DNA of 32,000 bases from an uncultured archaeon (GTDB taxonomy: Archaea > Asgardarchaeota > Thorarchaeia > Thorarchaeales > Thorarchaeaceae), in the NCBI GenBank assembly GCA_964354495.1, contig CAYHAA010000007.1, forward strand, positions 1 through 32,000. Direction: 5' to 3'. Within the stretch, counting starts at the first letter, position 1. Each line of letters opens with the position of its first letter. The notes beneath the pieces were generated by a model. That model had not been told where the DNA came from. It worked only from the letters and a program-made list of their open reading frames with translations, and made no database searches. Position numbers and translations under genes: made by a program. Below, one piece after another: positions 9,392-19,462 of this stretch.

Positions 9392-10819
9392 GTGGTTGAA
9401 GTGATGCCGCAGTCAGATTCAGATGATCCTGTTCAGGAAGACGCATTGATGCCAGATGATGAAGCTGCCCTCAAACTTGACAGGAAACTGTCGCCAAGCG
9501 CTAGAGCCATTCTGAGATTCATACAGGTCAGCGAAACTGGCGGCAAGATAGAGGTATTTAGCGAAGATGCAGACACTGCACATCTACGCAAGATTATCAA
9601 ATCATACAGAGGGCATCTCTATCCATTGCTCATGAAGCGACTAAGACAAGTCCTCAGGCTTGGCGGCGTGGAAGTCATCACACAGAGGGACATTATGTCA
9701 TTAATCGATGGGTTGTGGGCGGGCAACATCTCAATGCTCACAAAGACAGAACTGCCCTTTCTTGAAGCTGTACTGAAGAGTCCCGGAGACTCACTGAAGA
9801 GCCTCTCTGAGAAAGCAGGATTTAGCTACCCTCAGGCACGCCGAGCTCAAAAGAGGCTCAGCGAAAGTGGAGTTCTCAAGATTGGAGGCATGCTGAATAC
9901 GGACCAGCTCGGCTTGGAACGCATTCTCATAGTCCTTGAGAATCCCTCTCTTGTCTTGTCGGGTCCGTACTGTCAAAAAGAGATCTTTGTCGATGGCTAT
10001 TCTCCATTGGTTCTGATTGTTGCCATAGTTCCATATACCAAGCGGAAGGACCTCATAGATACCGTTCGAAGTCTGAGGAACTCAACAACAAATGCGTCAG
10101 TCTATGGCCTTTCGGCAGGTCATCCCAGTTTCAGTGGCCTGTATTCTGATCCACATAAGGGATGGAATCTTGACCTCCTGCATTTCCGACTTATGCTACG
10201 AAAGGGTGGCGACCCTATCACGCTGGCTGATATTCCAGTTCCCTCTACTATGGAAACCGCTCGCTTCACATATGGGGACACTCAGGTGATGGATGCATTG
10301 ATTGAGAGCCTGGACAACACCGCGAACGACATTGCAGTGAAAACAGGGTTGTCTCTATCCACCGTCTTCAGGAAACGAGCAAGCCTTCTCACGAAGGGCA
10401 CAGTGATCTCTCGAGCACGGGTCAATATGCCACAATTGAGTGACCGCATAATTGTCATGTGTAGCCCTGAGGTGGGAGGCAATCTCACTCCGGGCTGGCA
10501 GAATCTGCCCCTGACCTATACAAGCCGAATCTCTAATCTCGAGCACAACTCCGATGAAAAGGTGTTGCTGATATCCGCCCTTCCGGCAGGTTCAGGTGCA
10601 TCTGTACTCAGTGTGCTCAACGATGAGACCTCAAAGGTGGACGACTACTCTGCGTTGACCGTTGCTGCAGGGATAGGTGGGGTCACCAAGGTCTCGAGTA
10701 TGTATGACCGTCGTCAAAATACTTGGGCATATGATGTCTCTCGGCATTTTGATGCAGTCACCTACAGTGTTTTGAGGAAAGAAGCATCGCCCTACAACAT
10801 ACCCCTTGACCTCGCATAG
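9392..10819 (+). CDS. Hypothetical protein with two wHTH (Lrp/AsnC-like) modules
   Basis: SLKSLSEKAGFSYPQARRAQKRLSESGVL and TANDIAVKTGLSLSTVFRKRASLLTKGTV, each followed by an alpha/beta segment. Confidence 0.65.
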   Translation: MVEVMPQSDSDDPVQEDALMPDDEAALKLDRKLSPSARAILRFIQVSETGGKIEVFSEDADTAHLRKIIKSYRGHLYPLLMKRLRQVLRLGGVEVITQRDIMSLIDGLWAGNISMLTKTELPFLEAVLKSPGDSLKSLSEKAGFSYPQARRAQKRLSESGVLKIGGMLNTDQLGLERILIVLENPSLVLSGPYCQKEIFVDGYSPLVLIVAIVPYTKRKDLIDTVRSLRNSTTNASVYGLSAGHPSFSGLYSDPHKGWNLDLLHFRLMLRKGGDPITLADIPVPSTMETARFTYGDTQVMDALIESLDNTANDIAVKTGLSLSTVFRKRASLLTKGTVISRARVNMPQLSDRIIVMCSPEVGGNLTPGWQNLPLTYTSRISNLEHNSDEKVLLISALPAGSGASVLSVLNDETSKVDDYSALTVAAGIGGVTKVSSMYDRRQNTWAYDVSRHFDAVTYSVLRKEASPYNIPLDLA

Positions 10820-10880
10820 AGGCATCTACGCGGCAAAACCCATATCTTGTGCAACATTGTAGGACCAGAGTGAATAATCA

Positions 10881-11846
10881 ATGCTAGACATCATATTCCT
10901 AGGTACAGGTGGCTCAATGCCTACTGAGGGTCGTAACCTCCCTGCTATAGCAATTCGATACCTAGGATGGATCTTCCTCTTTGACTGCGGTGAAGACGTA
11001 CAACGCCAGATCGAAAAAGCTGGACTGGGCTTGAACAAGAACATGGCAATCTTCATCACTCATATGCACGCAGATCACATTCTTGGACTTCCCGGGCTCC
11101 TATTGAGATTCTCGCTCCTAGGAAGAGGGAAACCCCTGAACATCTATGGTCCGAGAGAACTAATCGAGTACGTCAAGGTCAATCAAGCCACAATCAATCT
11201 TGGCACCACCTTTGAGACCGTTGTTCATGCAATTGACCCCGGAATCGTATTTCAGGATGGCCCTATAACAATTCGTGCCTTTGAAGTCGACCATCGAGGG
11301 CTTGCGCTTGGTTATGAGATTGTATTTCAAAATCCAACGGGAGAGTTCATACCAAAGAGGGCAGAGGACCTAGGAGTCCCCAAGGGGCCTCTTTGGAGTC
11401 TGCTTGCAAAAGGGAACCAAGTGACCCTAGAGGATGGCAAGATTGTTAGTCCCGAAGATGTCACAGAACCTCGTCCAAGACCCCTGAAGATAGTATACTC
11501 TGGTGACACCCGCCCCTGCCAGGCACTCCGAGAAGCATCAAAGGATGCAGACATTCTGATCTCGGAAGCAATGTACACCACAGAACACGCAGACCTTGCT
11601 GAAGAGCGGGGGCACTCGACAGCTGAGGCTATTGCCAGAATTGCTGCTGATGTTGGTGTTAGACTGCTTGTCCTCACTCATTACAGTCCGAGGTATTACG
11701 ATGGTGAAGAGATTCTGAATGAGGGGAGGGTGTACTTTCCCAATACTGTTCTTGCCCGAGATCTGCTCACAGTCACCTTGGACAAGGAGGGAAACCACAC
11801 CATTATGCAACCGGGTTCTGCACCTACTGCTGAAGACCCAGCCTGA
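10881..11846 (+). CDS. rnz: Ribonuclease Z
   Basis: FLGTGGSMP, FDCGE, THMHADHILGLPG, exosite GVPKGP, YSGDTRP, GHST, LTHYSPRY. Confidence 0.95.
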   Translation: MLDIIFLGTGGSMPTEGRNLPAIAIRYLGWIFLFDCGEDVQRQIEKAGLGLNKNMAIFITHMHADHILGLPGLLLRFSLLGRGKPLNIYGPRELIEYVKVNQATINLGTTFETVVHAIDPGIVFQDGPITIRAFEVDHRGLALGYEIVFQNPTGEFIPKRAEDLGVPKGPLWSLLAKGNQVTLEDGKIVSPEDVTEPRPRPLKIVYSGDTRPCQALREASKDADILISEAMYTTEHADLAEERGHSTAEAIARIAADVGVRLLVLTHYSPRYYDGEEILNEGRVYFPNTVLARDLLTVTLDKEGNHTIMQPGSAPTAEDPA

Positions 11847-13032
11847 TTGCCTTCAAAGGATGATGCAGAATTATTCTCTTGCGAATCTGACTCAAGAGGT
11901 TCGACTGGGGTTTGATTCTAGCCAATATGTCTGTCAAGTGCTCTCTCATTATGGGGTCCTCGCTAGCGATTGCACAAATGAGTTCAACACTCGCATTTGA
12001 CTTGTAGACAATTCCTGCAAGCGACCTCAGTTCGTTAAATTCCTTAAGCAATCCCAGTTTCAGTCTACTCTCATACTCGACTACATGGACTGAAGACTTG
12101 TCCCTGACTGCCTCAAAGGCAACATCGGCAGCTATTATCCCAGACTCGATGGCGTATGAAATCCCTTCTCCTGACACAGGCGATACAAGACCCGCAGCAT
12201 CACCAATCAACATTGAGCGTCTGGCAACATGGTGACCGGCCGAACCGCCAAATGGCACCCGAGCTGATGTCTTCCCTGTGACCTTGAGGTCAAGTCCCTT
12301 CGTCTTTCCAACATATGAGATCAGTTCCTTCCATTTGTCACGAAGGTTTTGAGCCCTATCCATCCTGCACCCTATACCGATATTGAGAGTCTCACGTTTG
12401 GGGAAGCACCATCCGTATCCCCATTCAACGAGCCCATAGTAGAGGTCGAGACTGGTCTGAGCGTGCCCCTCCTTGGATATGCACAATCTTTCAATATCTG
12501 ATGAATCCACTGGAATCTCTGCATCAATACAGACTGCCACGCACTCAGGGTTCCACCTGTCCCTAATCCTCAGTTGTCTACTTGCAACACTATTGACTCC
12601 ATCAGCTCCAACCAGAAGATGCGCCTTATAGGATTCACCAACTCCAAGTGCCCGAATGCCCTTTCGAAGCTGTTCGATTGCTACGACCTTGGTCCCCTGA
12701 ACTATCTCTGCTCCTGCCTCGCGAGCCTTCTTGAGCAGGAAGTCATCAAATGTACTCCTCCGTACGAGGTGTCCTCTGAGTCCATCACGTGTCAAGATTA
12801 CGTGTTTTCCTGCTGGTGTATGAAGAACTGCAGCCTGGAACTCCCTCTCATAAAGGTGTGAAATATCGAAGTCAAGTAGGTCAGCAGTTCTTGGGCTCAG
12901 AGCACCTCCACACACTTTTTCCCGTGGATGGACTGCCTTCTCAATGAGGACTACATCTAGTCCCTTCTGCGCGGCTCTTCTAGCACAGGTTGCCCCTGCC
13001 GGTCCTCCACCTATGACTAGAAGGTCGTGCAC
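11824..13032 (-). CDS. Geranylgeranyl reductase-family FAD-dependent oxidoreductase
   Basis: IGGGPAG, KVCGG, GADG, YGWCFPK, GDAAGLVSPVSGEGI. Confidence 0.9.
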   Translation of the reverse strand: MHDLLVIGGGPAGATCARRAAQKGLDVVLIEKAVHPREKVCGGALSPRTADLLDFDISHLYEREFQAAVLHTPAGKHVILTRDGLRGHLVRRSTFDDFLLKKAREAGAEIVQGTKVVAIEQLRKGIRALGVGESYKAHLLVGADGVNSVASRQLRIRDRWNPECVAVCIDAEIPVDSSDIERLCISKEGHAQTSLDLYYGLVEWGYGWCFPKRETLNIGIGCRMDRAQNLRDKWKELISYVGKTKGLDLKVTGKTSARVPFGGSAGHHVARRSMLIGDAAGLVSPVSGEGISYAIESGIIAADVAFEAVRDKSSVHVVEYESRLKLGLLKEFNELRSLAGIVYKSNASVELICAIASEDPIMREHLTDILARIKPQSNLLSQIRKRIILHHPLKAIRLGLQQ

Positions 13033-13107
13033 TCTTGGTCACCTACCTAGTGAAACTATATCACAATATGAATAAATCTGCTAGTATGACTCTTGATTGG
13101 AGAATAC

Positions 13108-14166
13108 ATGATGACCTCTGAAGAAACAGCAAAAATCTGTCTGATGACCACAGGTGGCACGATCTCAAGTATCTATGACGAGCGAACACAGGCTCTTCGT
13201 CCAGGCCTTGCAGTAGATGAGCTGCTTGAGAGACTGCCCAAGGGTCTGCGCAACATTGAGGTCATCAAGAGAGAGCTGTTTCAACTTGACTCTGCAAATG
13301 CGCAGCCCCACCATTGGCAGACACTCGCAGGCGCTATCAAGCAAGTGAGTGAGGAGATCAAGGATCTACGCGGCATCGTTGTCTCTCATGGAACCGACAC
13401 GATGACCTATTCCTCTGCAGCTGTCAGTTTCATGATTCAGGACTTTGGAAAACCTATAGTCTTCACAGGCGCTCAGATACCCGCCAGCATACCTTGGAGC
13501 GACGGCCCGAGGAATCTCCTGGATGCAATGCGAGTCGCTGCCTTTGGTGATCTTGGCGAGACTGTCATCGTATTCAATGGTGAGATACATCGTGCTACCA
13601 GAGCAAAGAAGGTTCGGGTGAATTCTTACGATGCGTTCGACTCTATGGACCCATCACCAATTGGCATTCTGGCCAGAGATATTGTACTCTACGAGGGACG
13701 CATTAAGCGCAACATGAGTCTCATTCCTCGCTTTGACACACGACTCGATAATCGAGTCTTCTTGTTGAAGGTGTTCCCTGGACTTCCACCACAGGCGCTA
13801 GCCAAGATAATCGATATGGGATATCACGGGATTGTGATTGAGGGATTCGGCTCGGGCAACATTCCCACTGACGAGAATGCTCTGACAGGTGGAATCCTGC
13901 AGGCATTGGGTCAAGGTTGTTTTGTAGTAGTCAGTTCACAATGTGCCTTCGGACAGGCTGACTTGTCAGTCTATGAGGTCGGTCATGCAGCAATGGATGT
14001 CGGCGCCATGAGTGCCTATGACATGACCTCGGAAGCTGCGCTGGTGAAACTGGCATGGGTTCTAGGTCATACTCGCGAGCCTGAGAGAGTCCGAGAGATG
14101 ATGGGAATTAGCTATGTGGGCGAAATGTCCTACTCCAGTTCTCCGGGCCAGTTGCACACCAGTTGA
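13108..14166 (+). CDS. ansA: Type I L-asparaginase
   Basis: TTGGTI, HGTDTM, TGAQIP...SDG; lacks the extra N-terminal domain of GatD. Confidence 0.85.
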   Translation: MMTSEETAKICLMTTGGTISSIYDERTQALRPGLAVDELLERLPKGLRNIEVIKRELFQLDSANAQPHHWQTLAGAIKQVSEEIKDLRGIVVSHGTDTMTYSSAAVSFMIQDFGKPIVFTGAQIPASIPWSDGPRNLLDAMRVAAFGDLGETVIVFNGEIHRATRAKKVRVNSYDAFDSMDPSPIGILARDIVLYEGRIKRNMSLIPRFDTRLDNRVFLLKVFPGLPPQALAKIIDMGYHGIVIEGFGSGNIPTDENALTGGILQALGQGCFVVVSSQCAFGQADLSVYEVGHAAMDVGAMSAYDMTSEAALVKLAWVLGHTREPERVREMMGISYVGEMSYSSSPGQLHTS

Positions 14167-14245
14167 GAGAAGGGACTCGTGTACGAAGACTCGAACACAG
14201 GCGCAGGGAAAAGATGAAAAGGACTGCAGAGCCTTCAGGCTGCAA

Positions 14246-14362
14246 GCCCGGATAGCCTAGTGGCTATGGCGGCAGCCTGGAACTGATAGCGTTTCTATTA
14301 CATCCCAACAGGCAGCTGCTCTCCCTTGGGAGGCATGAGTTCGAGTCTCATTCCGGGCGCCA
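14246..14362 (+). tRNA. tRNA-Ser(GGA) with a 31-nt intron at 37/38 (14283-14313) and encoded CCA
   Basis: Acceptor GCCCGGA/TCCGGGC, discriminator G, CCA; D stem GCC/GGC; anticodon stem GCAGC/GCTGC with CT-GGA-A; long variable arm CTCCCTTGGGAG; T arm ATGAG-TTCGAGT-CTCAT. Confidence 0.9.
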
Positions 14363-14487
14363 TTCCCTCTCACCATAAGGCATCATCGTCGTTCTCAACA
14401 TCAGCATGATTCGCTATCGGCTCGTGTTGTGTCTTCATTGAGGCTGCAGCTCGCACAAGATCCGGATGCATAGTCAGTTGAGCAGGA

Positions 14488-16077
14488 CTAGTCTGAAACG
14501 ATCGGCCTTCGGAGTCTCGACCTATTGAACTGCATGTATGCGACTGTGATAACAGCCGCACATATCGCGGCTCCTAGAGGCACAGCCCATGGAAGTATCG
14601 ACATCCACCAGCTGTTTCGAACAGTGAAATACAGAACTCCTATGGAATCGTCGACTACAAACGGATACTGAACAGCCTTCCATGTCGCGTTGATCGTCAG
14701 CCTGTAGTCTCCATTCGTGAACAGAAATGTGCTTATGTCTAACCGCCAGCATGTATCGTTAACGGCACGAGCCTCCAAGATGAAATCACGCAGCACTGGA
14801 CCCTCTGTATCGACCTGTTTGGCCACGTATCCCGTCACAGACTCAAGGTTGCATCGAAAGCAGCTCCTGAGAATATCTGTCGTTACGTTGAAATTGATGT
14901 CACAATAGACCAAACCCGAAAGCACTCCGGAAATTGGTTCTCCATACTTCTCATACAAAGCAATTGTGGGCTCTACAATATCATCCGGTGAAACCAAAGG
15001 TTCGGGGTACTTCCATTGGCCGATTTCTCCGGCGAGACCAAATCTTATGGAAGCAGCAAGGAACACTTTGAGGAACGAATCAGAGAGGATTACATCGCTT
15101 GCCATTATCCCTGAATGTATGACCATCCCCTCTCCATATCTGTGCAAATAAGCAGCAACAGGATCGCTTGGATATTCACTGGCGTTGACGAAATTCCAGT
15201 AACCGATAATGTCTGTCCCTGTCTGGTTCTGTAGGAGATTCTCTTCATGGCCCGTGTAAACCGTGGATATGTTCTCACCCAACGTAGTTCTGATGAAGTC
15301 GCTCAGAGCATTTGTTGTATTGATAGTGATGCCACTGTAGTGTTGGCCCGTCCAATACCTCCAGAAGTTGCCACCAACCCAATTCATGTTGTCCTCGTAC
15401 CATCTATGATAGACGGACTTCCAAGCATGGGTTCCATTGAATTCCCACCCGTGCCCCTTGGTTAGGCTTAGATAACCATTGGAATATGTGACTTCCGCGA
15501 GGAAGTTGCAGGCATCCATTATGATCAGTGTGCCTCCCGACGCCACGAATTGCTTATAGTAAAGGTACTCCCTCTCTGTGACATACTCGGTAAATCCGAG
15601 TATCAGGACATCATACAATCTCACGCCATCATGGAAGAGCGCACCACGGTCCACGTCGATTTCGTTGATGAGCGTCACGGTTTCACCGAGGACCAGGTGC
15701 AGAGAGCGAGCGGTTTCACTCGTAAACCATTTATTGAGTTGCTTGCTCCACCCCCAGTCATCGACCACTGTTCTGTTCAAGAGGCCTAATTCGGTTATGA
15801 CATACTCTCCTGGAGGTACCGAGCTGTACGTATAGTAGAATTGATAGAAAGCGGCTGAGTAGGCAGTCTCAGAAAAAATGGGCTTGACTAGAGCTATTCT
15901 ATTCTCGGTCGATGCAAAGGAAACTCTGCTATGCGTCGTTGCATCTGTCAAGTTGTCCACGCCATATGAAACCACAGGCGCTTCAGCAGAACTAAGAAAC
16001 ACAGCAAGCACTACAAAAAGAGTAAGCCATTCGATTCTGAAATTGCCTCTGCCCCCTTCTCCCTGAGCTTCAGCCAT
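14488..16077 (-). CDS. Membrane-anchored extracellular protein, possibly N,N-dimethylformamidase beta-subunit-like
   Basis: N-terminal TM and C-terminal TM followed by RSRLRR; many sequons; LILGFTEYV...GGTLIIMDACNFLAEV segment resembles that family from memory; not searched. Confidence 0.6.
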   Translation of the reverse strand: MAEAQGEGGRGNFRIEWLTLFVVLAVFLSSAEAPVVSYGVDNLTDATTHSRVSFASTENRIALVKPIFSETAYSAAFYQFYYTYSSVPPGEYVITELGLLNRTVVDDWGWSKQLNKWFTSETARSLHLVLGETVTLINEIDVDRGALFHDGVRLYDVLILGFTEYVTEREYLYYKQFVASGGTLIIMDACNFLAEVTYSNGYLSLTKGHGWEFNGTHAWKSVYHRWYEDNMNWVGGNFWRYWTGQHYSGITINTTNALSDFIRTTLGENISTVYTGHEENLLQNQTGTDIIGYWNFVNASEYPSDPVAAYLHRYGEGMVIHSGIMASDVILSDSFLKVFLAASIRFGLAGEIGQWKYPEPLVSPDDIVEPTIALYEKYGEPISGVLSGLVYCDINFNVTTDILRSCFRCNLESVTGYVAKQVDTEGPVLRDFILEARAVNDTCWRLDISTFLFTNGDYRLTINATWKAVQYPFVVDDSIGVLYFTVRNSWWMSILPWAVPLGAAICAAVITVAYMQFNRSRLRRPIVSD

Positions 16078-16498
16078 ACGACAACGCCGCCCTTCGAACC
16101 CTAATTCAAAACCCTCACACGCTCAAATAAGGATACCGACTCGCAGTACTATGTTTTGTTTCAAACCAGTATGACTGTCTTCCATGGTTTAAATCATGTT
16201 AGAAATTCAGTTTGAGTCTATCTGAATTCGTCCTAACTAGAGAGCCATATGAAGACACTATAGGAAAGAGAAAACGCCGATTTCTGTTGCAGGGAATGAA
16301 TAGTATAGTCGTCAGATTGATACCGGTTCTTTCCTTGGTCTACTGACATAGATGGGAGTGACAGGTCTGCGAACAAGAGGATTGCTGCGTCATCTGAATA
16401 TGCTCCAAGAGTGTGAGAAATCACTCCTGCTTCATCTATACTGTCATACTTGCTCAAATATTGGCTATTTGCACTTCACCCACTGAGAGGTACGCACC

Positions 16499-17386
16499 AT
16501 GATTTACAGCGTCGTCTTAGTCAATGTGGCTGGTCGACGCAGTACTGCTTCTTCTGACTATTGGAGCCAAAGAGTATCGCGAGCGCAACTCAAGAGATAT
16601 CTCTCAAGTCTGGCTGAAATGGCAGAGAAGTCAGAACGGCTCAAGTACAAGCCCACTGTGATTGATGACTTGAAGTTCTTCAGCCGTGAGTGTGGAGACG
16701 ATAGTCTGATAGTCTTCGTAACCGACCTGCGCGAGTCTGAAGATGAAGTGATTAAAAGAATCAATAGTGCCGGGCGTGTTCTTCGAGGAATCACTGGCGA
16801 GAAGTCTGCGAGCTTTATTCGGACGAATTTCCCTGGGATTATCGATCCTGTAGTCACGTCCCGTTTTGTTATTGTATTGGTAGGTGAGAGCGGTGTGGGA
16901 AAGACTTCAATCCTTCATCTCCTCATGGGAACGCCGCCTCCTGAGGAGCATCTTCCTACTGTCTTGCTCAATACGGAGGTACTTCCGAAAATTCGTTTTG
17001 CTAACTACGACATTATGATACTTGATTTCGGAGGGCAATTACAGCCCCAGAAACTGTGGGACTTCAGCAGAGCCGACATGGCTTTTCTCGTATCTGATTC
17101 CACGCTAAGAAATTTGGTCACATCAAAGGGAATCATGGTGAAGATTCAGCAGGAGCATTCCAAGCTTCCAATCAGAGTATTTGCAAACAAACAAGACCTG
17201 CCGAATGCTTTAGACCCATCCGCCATTGGTAAAGTCATGGGGGTTGATGTGCAGTCTCTGGTCGCTGTAGACTTGGCATATCGAGTCAACCTGCACAAAA
17301 GCCTCATACAACTGCTATGCGGGCACTTTGGATTAGAGGTCCCCGACATCTCACCAGATGCCTTGCTTCGTTTCAATCCCACCTAG
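16499..17386 (+). CDS. Small GTPase (Arf/Rab-like) with an N-terminal longin-like domain
   Basis: G1 GESGVGKTS, G2 PTV, G3 DFGGQ, G4 NKQD; ~120-aa N-terminal alpha/beta domain (FFSRECGDDSLIVFVTD). Confidence 0.85.
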   Translation: MIYSVVLVNVAGRRSTASSDYWSQRVSRAQLKRYLSSLAEMAEKSERLKYKPTVIDDLKFFSRECGDDSLIVFVTDLRESEDEVIKRINSAGRVLRGITGEKSASFIRTNFPGIIDPVVTSRFVIVLVGESGVGKTSILHLLMGTPPPEEHLPTVLLNTEVLPKIRFANYDIMILDFGGQLQPQKLWDFSRADMAFLVSDSTLRNLVTSKGIMVKIQQEHSKLPIRVFANKQDLPNALDPSAIGKVMGVDVQSLVAVDLAYRVNLHKSLIQLLCGHFGLEVPDISPDALLRFNPT

Positions 17387-17775
17387 TTTGAGGGTCTTGG
17401 CAGAAAAGGTGAGTTCGCATCGACATATACAATCCCCAGAATCAGGTTTCCACGAACCTCATCAAATTTGTAGACTCCGTATCTATAGTCTATTCCTTTC
17501 TTCTGGCTGACAACTTCTCCCTCCTTGACATAATACCGGAAGAGGTTGCGGCACTGATCTCTCACCTCAGAGAACAGATTTCTATATTGTCTGCGTTGCG
17601 ATGGTCTGATTCCCCAGTGAAGATGTACAAACCTGTTGGCTAGGCCGTTGCTGGAGATGAGAACACTCCTTCGTCCTCTTCCCTCTTGTTTTTCGAAGTT
17701 CTCAAGAATGGTTTCTTCTAGAAGGACTGCGATACTCGATTTGATACTGGGCGTAAGGGTGGGTTCGTCTGACAT
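17383..17775 (-). CDS. Hypothetical protein
   Basis: ~130-aa ORF with natural composition between the GTPase and the r-protein promoter; start placed at MSDEPT. Confidence 0.65.
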   Translation of the reverse strand: MSDEPTLTPSIKSSIAVLLEETILENFEKQEGRGRRSVLISSNGLANRFVHLHWGIRPSQRRQYRNLFSEVRDQCRNLFRYYVKEGEVVSQKKGIDYRYGVYKFDEVRGNLILGIVYVDANSPFLPRPSN

Positions 17776-17906
17776 GTGTTTCCCCAAGAAATGAATCTTT
17801 ACTGAGTGCTAAAAGGACCTTCAAGAATCGGTTCTCTATGGCAATGGTTATAAGGAATCCAAAAGAGCGGAACTAGCCAAAGCCAGTCAGAATGAGGTAA
17901 CAGACC

Positions 17907-18365
17907 GTGTCTGAAGACTACAAGCATATTGTTCGTATCGGTGGGTCCGACATTGATGGCCAAGAGAGTCTGATTCAGGGGCTAACCCATATCATGGGTG
18001 TTGGCCTCAGAATGTCCAGGACTATTCTAGCACATCTTGGAATGGATCCCAATGATCGACTCGGATACATTACAGATGAGAACATTAAGGCTGTAGAGAC
18101 CATTCTTCATGATCCTCATGCGGCAGGCTTTCCTGACTGGTTCTTAAACCGCCCGAGAGACAGAATGAGTGGCAGAATGCTGCATTTGACTGGTTCTGAC
18201 CTTGATTTTGCCAGCAGAAACGATATTGACAGACTGCGCAGGATCAAATCATGGCGAGGCACAAGACACGCAGCTGGTCTTAAGGTAAGGGGCCAACACA
18301 CCAGAACGACTGGTCGTGGTGGCGTAGCAGTCGGTGTGTCAAGGAAAGAAGCAAAGGCGGCATGA
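17907..18365 (+). CDS. rps13: 30S ribosomal protein uS13
   Basis: GLTHIMGVG, WFLNRPRD, SWRGTRHAAGLKVRGQHTRTTGR; GAGGT RBS before the GTG. Confidence 0.96.
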   Translation: MSEDYKHIVRIGGSDIDGQESLIQGLTHIMGVGLRMSRTILAHLGMDPNDRLGYITDENIKAVETILHDPHAAGFPDWFLNRPRDRMSGRMLHLTGSDLDFASRNDIDRLRRIKSWRGTRHAAGLKVRGQHTRTTGRGGVAVGVSRKEAKAA

Positions 18366-18368
18366 GAG

Positions 18369-19031
18369 ATGGGAGATATACGATTCCAGAGCAAGAAGTA
18401 CGTAACACCGAAGCGTCCCTTCGATACAGACAGATTCGAACAGGAGCTTCAATTGATTGGTACTTATGGTCTACGGAACAAGAAAGAAATCTGGATCCAT
18501 AGGACAGAACTCTCTCATTACCGTCGACAGGCAAGATACCTCCTAGCACAACCACCCTCAGAGAGAGCTCATGATGAGAAAGAGCTCGTTGACAAGCTCA
18601 GCAGATTTGGCATTCTTTCTGGTGATTTGACTCTTGATAGTGTTCTGGACCTGACCCTCGAAAAACTTCTCGAACGTAGACTTCAGACAATTGTCTTTCG
18701 AAAGGGTCTAGCAGCCTCCATGCATCATGCTAGGCAGTTGGTGACCCACGGTCATATTGGACTGAACGACCGCCGCGTCACAACACCAACACGATTGATT
18801 ACTCTTGCAGAAGAGGAGCACATCACATATACTACTAAGTCTGCGCTGAATGATCAGTCCCACCCAGCAAGAATTGCTGCCTCAGACGCAGCAACAAGGA
18901 TTACTGCTGTTCCTGAAGAAATCGAGGAAGAACGGCCAAGACGACGACCTGTTCCGACGGAATCTGTAGAAGAGAGAGAGCCGCTGAGAAACGAACCTGA
19001 TGATGTTCCAGGAGATGAGGAACTTGAGTAA
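18369..19031 (+). CDS. rps4: 30S ribosomal protein uS4
   Basis: [35 protein letters not shown]; acidic C-terminal tail. Confidence 0.96.
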   Translation: MGDIRFQSKKYVTPKRPFDTDRFEQELQLIGTYGLRNKKEIWIHRTELSHYRRQARYLLAQPPSERAHDEKELVDKLSRFGILSGDLTLDSVLDLTLEKLLERRLQTIVFRKGLAASMHHARQLVTHGHIGLNDRRVTTPTRLITLAEEEHITYTTKSALNDQSHPARIAASDAATRITAVPEEIEEERPRRRPVPTESVEEREPLRNEPDDVPGDEELE

Positions 19032-19425
19032 GGAAGAGAAGAGAGACAAGTGGGCGGTCGCGCACATCTTTGCGTCATACAACGACACTATCGTTCACAT
19101 CACTGATATCTCTGGTGCAGAGACCTTGGCACGACACACCGGTGGTATGATGGTCAAGGCTGACAGGAACGAGTCCTCACCGCACGCTGCTATGCAAGCA
19201 GCATTTCAGGCGGCCAGAGAGGCAAAGGACAAGGGTGTCTACGGCATTCATATTCGCGTGAGAGCGCCAGGCGGTTCAGGTCCAAAGACTCCTGGTCCAG
19301 GTGCTCAGGCAGCCATCCGTGCACTCAGCAGGGCCGGTCTTAGAATTGGCATCATTGATGAGGTCACTCCTATGCCACACGATGGAACCAGAAAGGCTGG
19401 TGGTCGTCGTGGCAGACGTGTGTAG
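19024..19425 (+). CDS. rps11: 30S ribosomal protein uS11
   Basis: [55 protein letters not shown]; TTG start inferred. Confidence 0.96.
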   Translation: MSKEEKRDKWAVAHIFASYNDTIVHITDISGAETLARHTGGMMVKADRNESSPHAAMQAAFQAAREAKDKGVYGIHIRVRAPGGSGPKTPGPGAQAAIRALSRAGLRIGIIDEVTPMPHDGTRKAGGRRGRRV

Positions 19426-19462
19426 ACTCAAACGCCTTCTATCTATTCATTTGACAGATGAC

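Noticed and set aside
13093-14166. GatD (Glu-tRNAGln amidotransferase subunit D)
   Set aside because: Too short, lacks the GatD N-terminal domain, and no gatE is adjacent; asparaginase preferred.
14341-16200. tRNA-Ser 3' end as an island attachment site for the downstream accessory gene
   Set aside because: No duplicate of the tRNA 3' end and no integrase found.
16233-16457. 74-aa minus-strand ORF
   Set aside because: TTG start, no motif, no RBS; cannot be supported as a gene.
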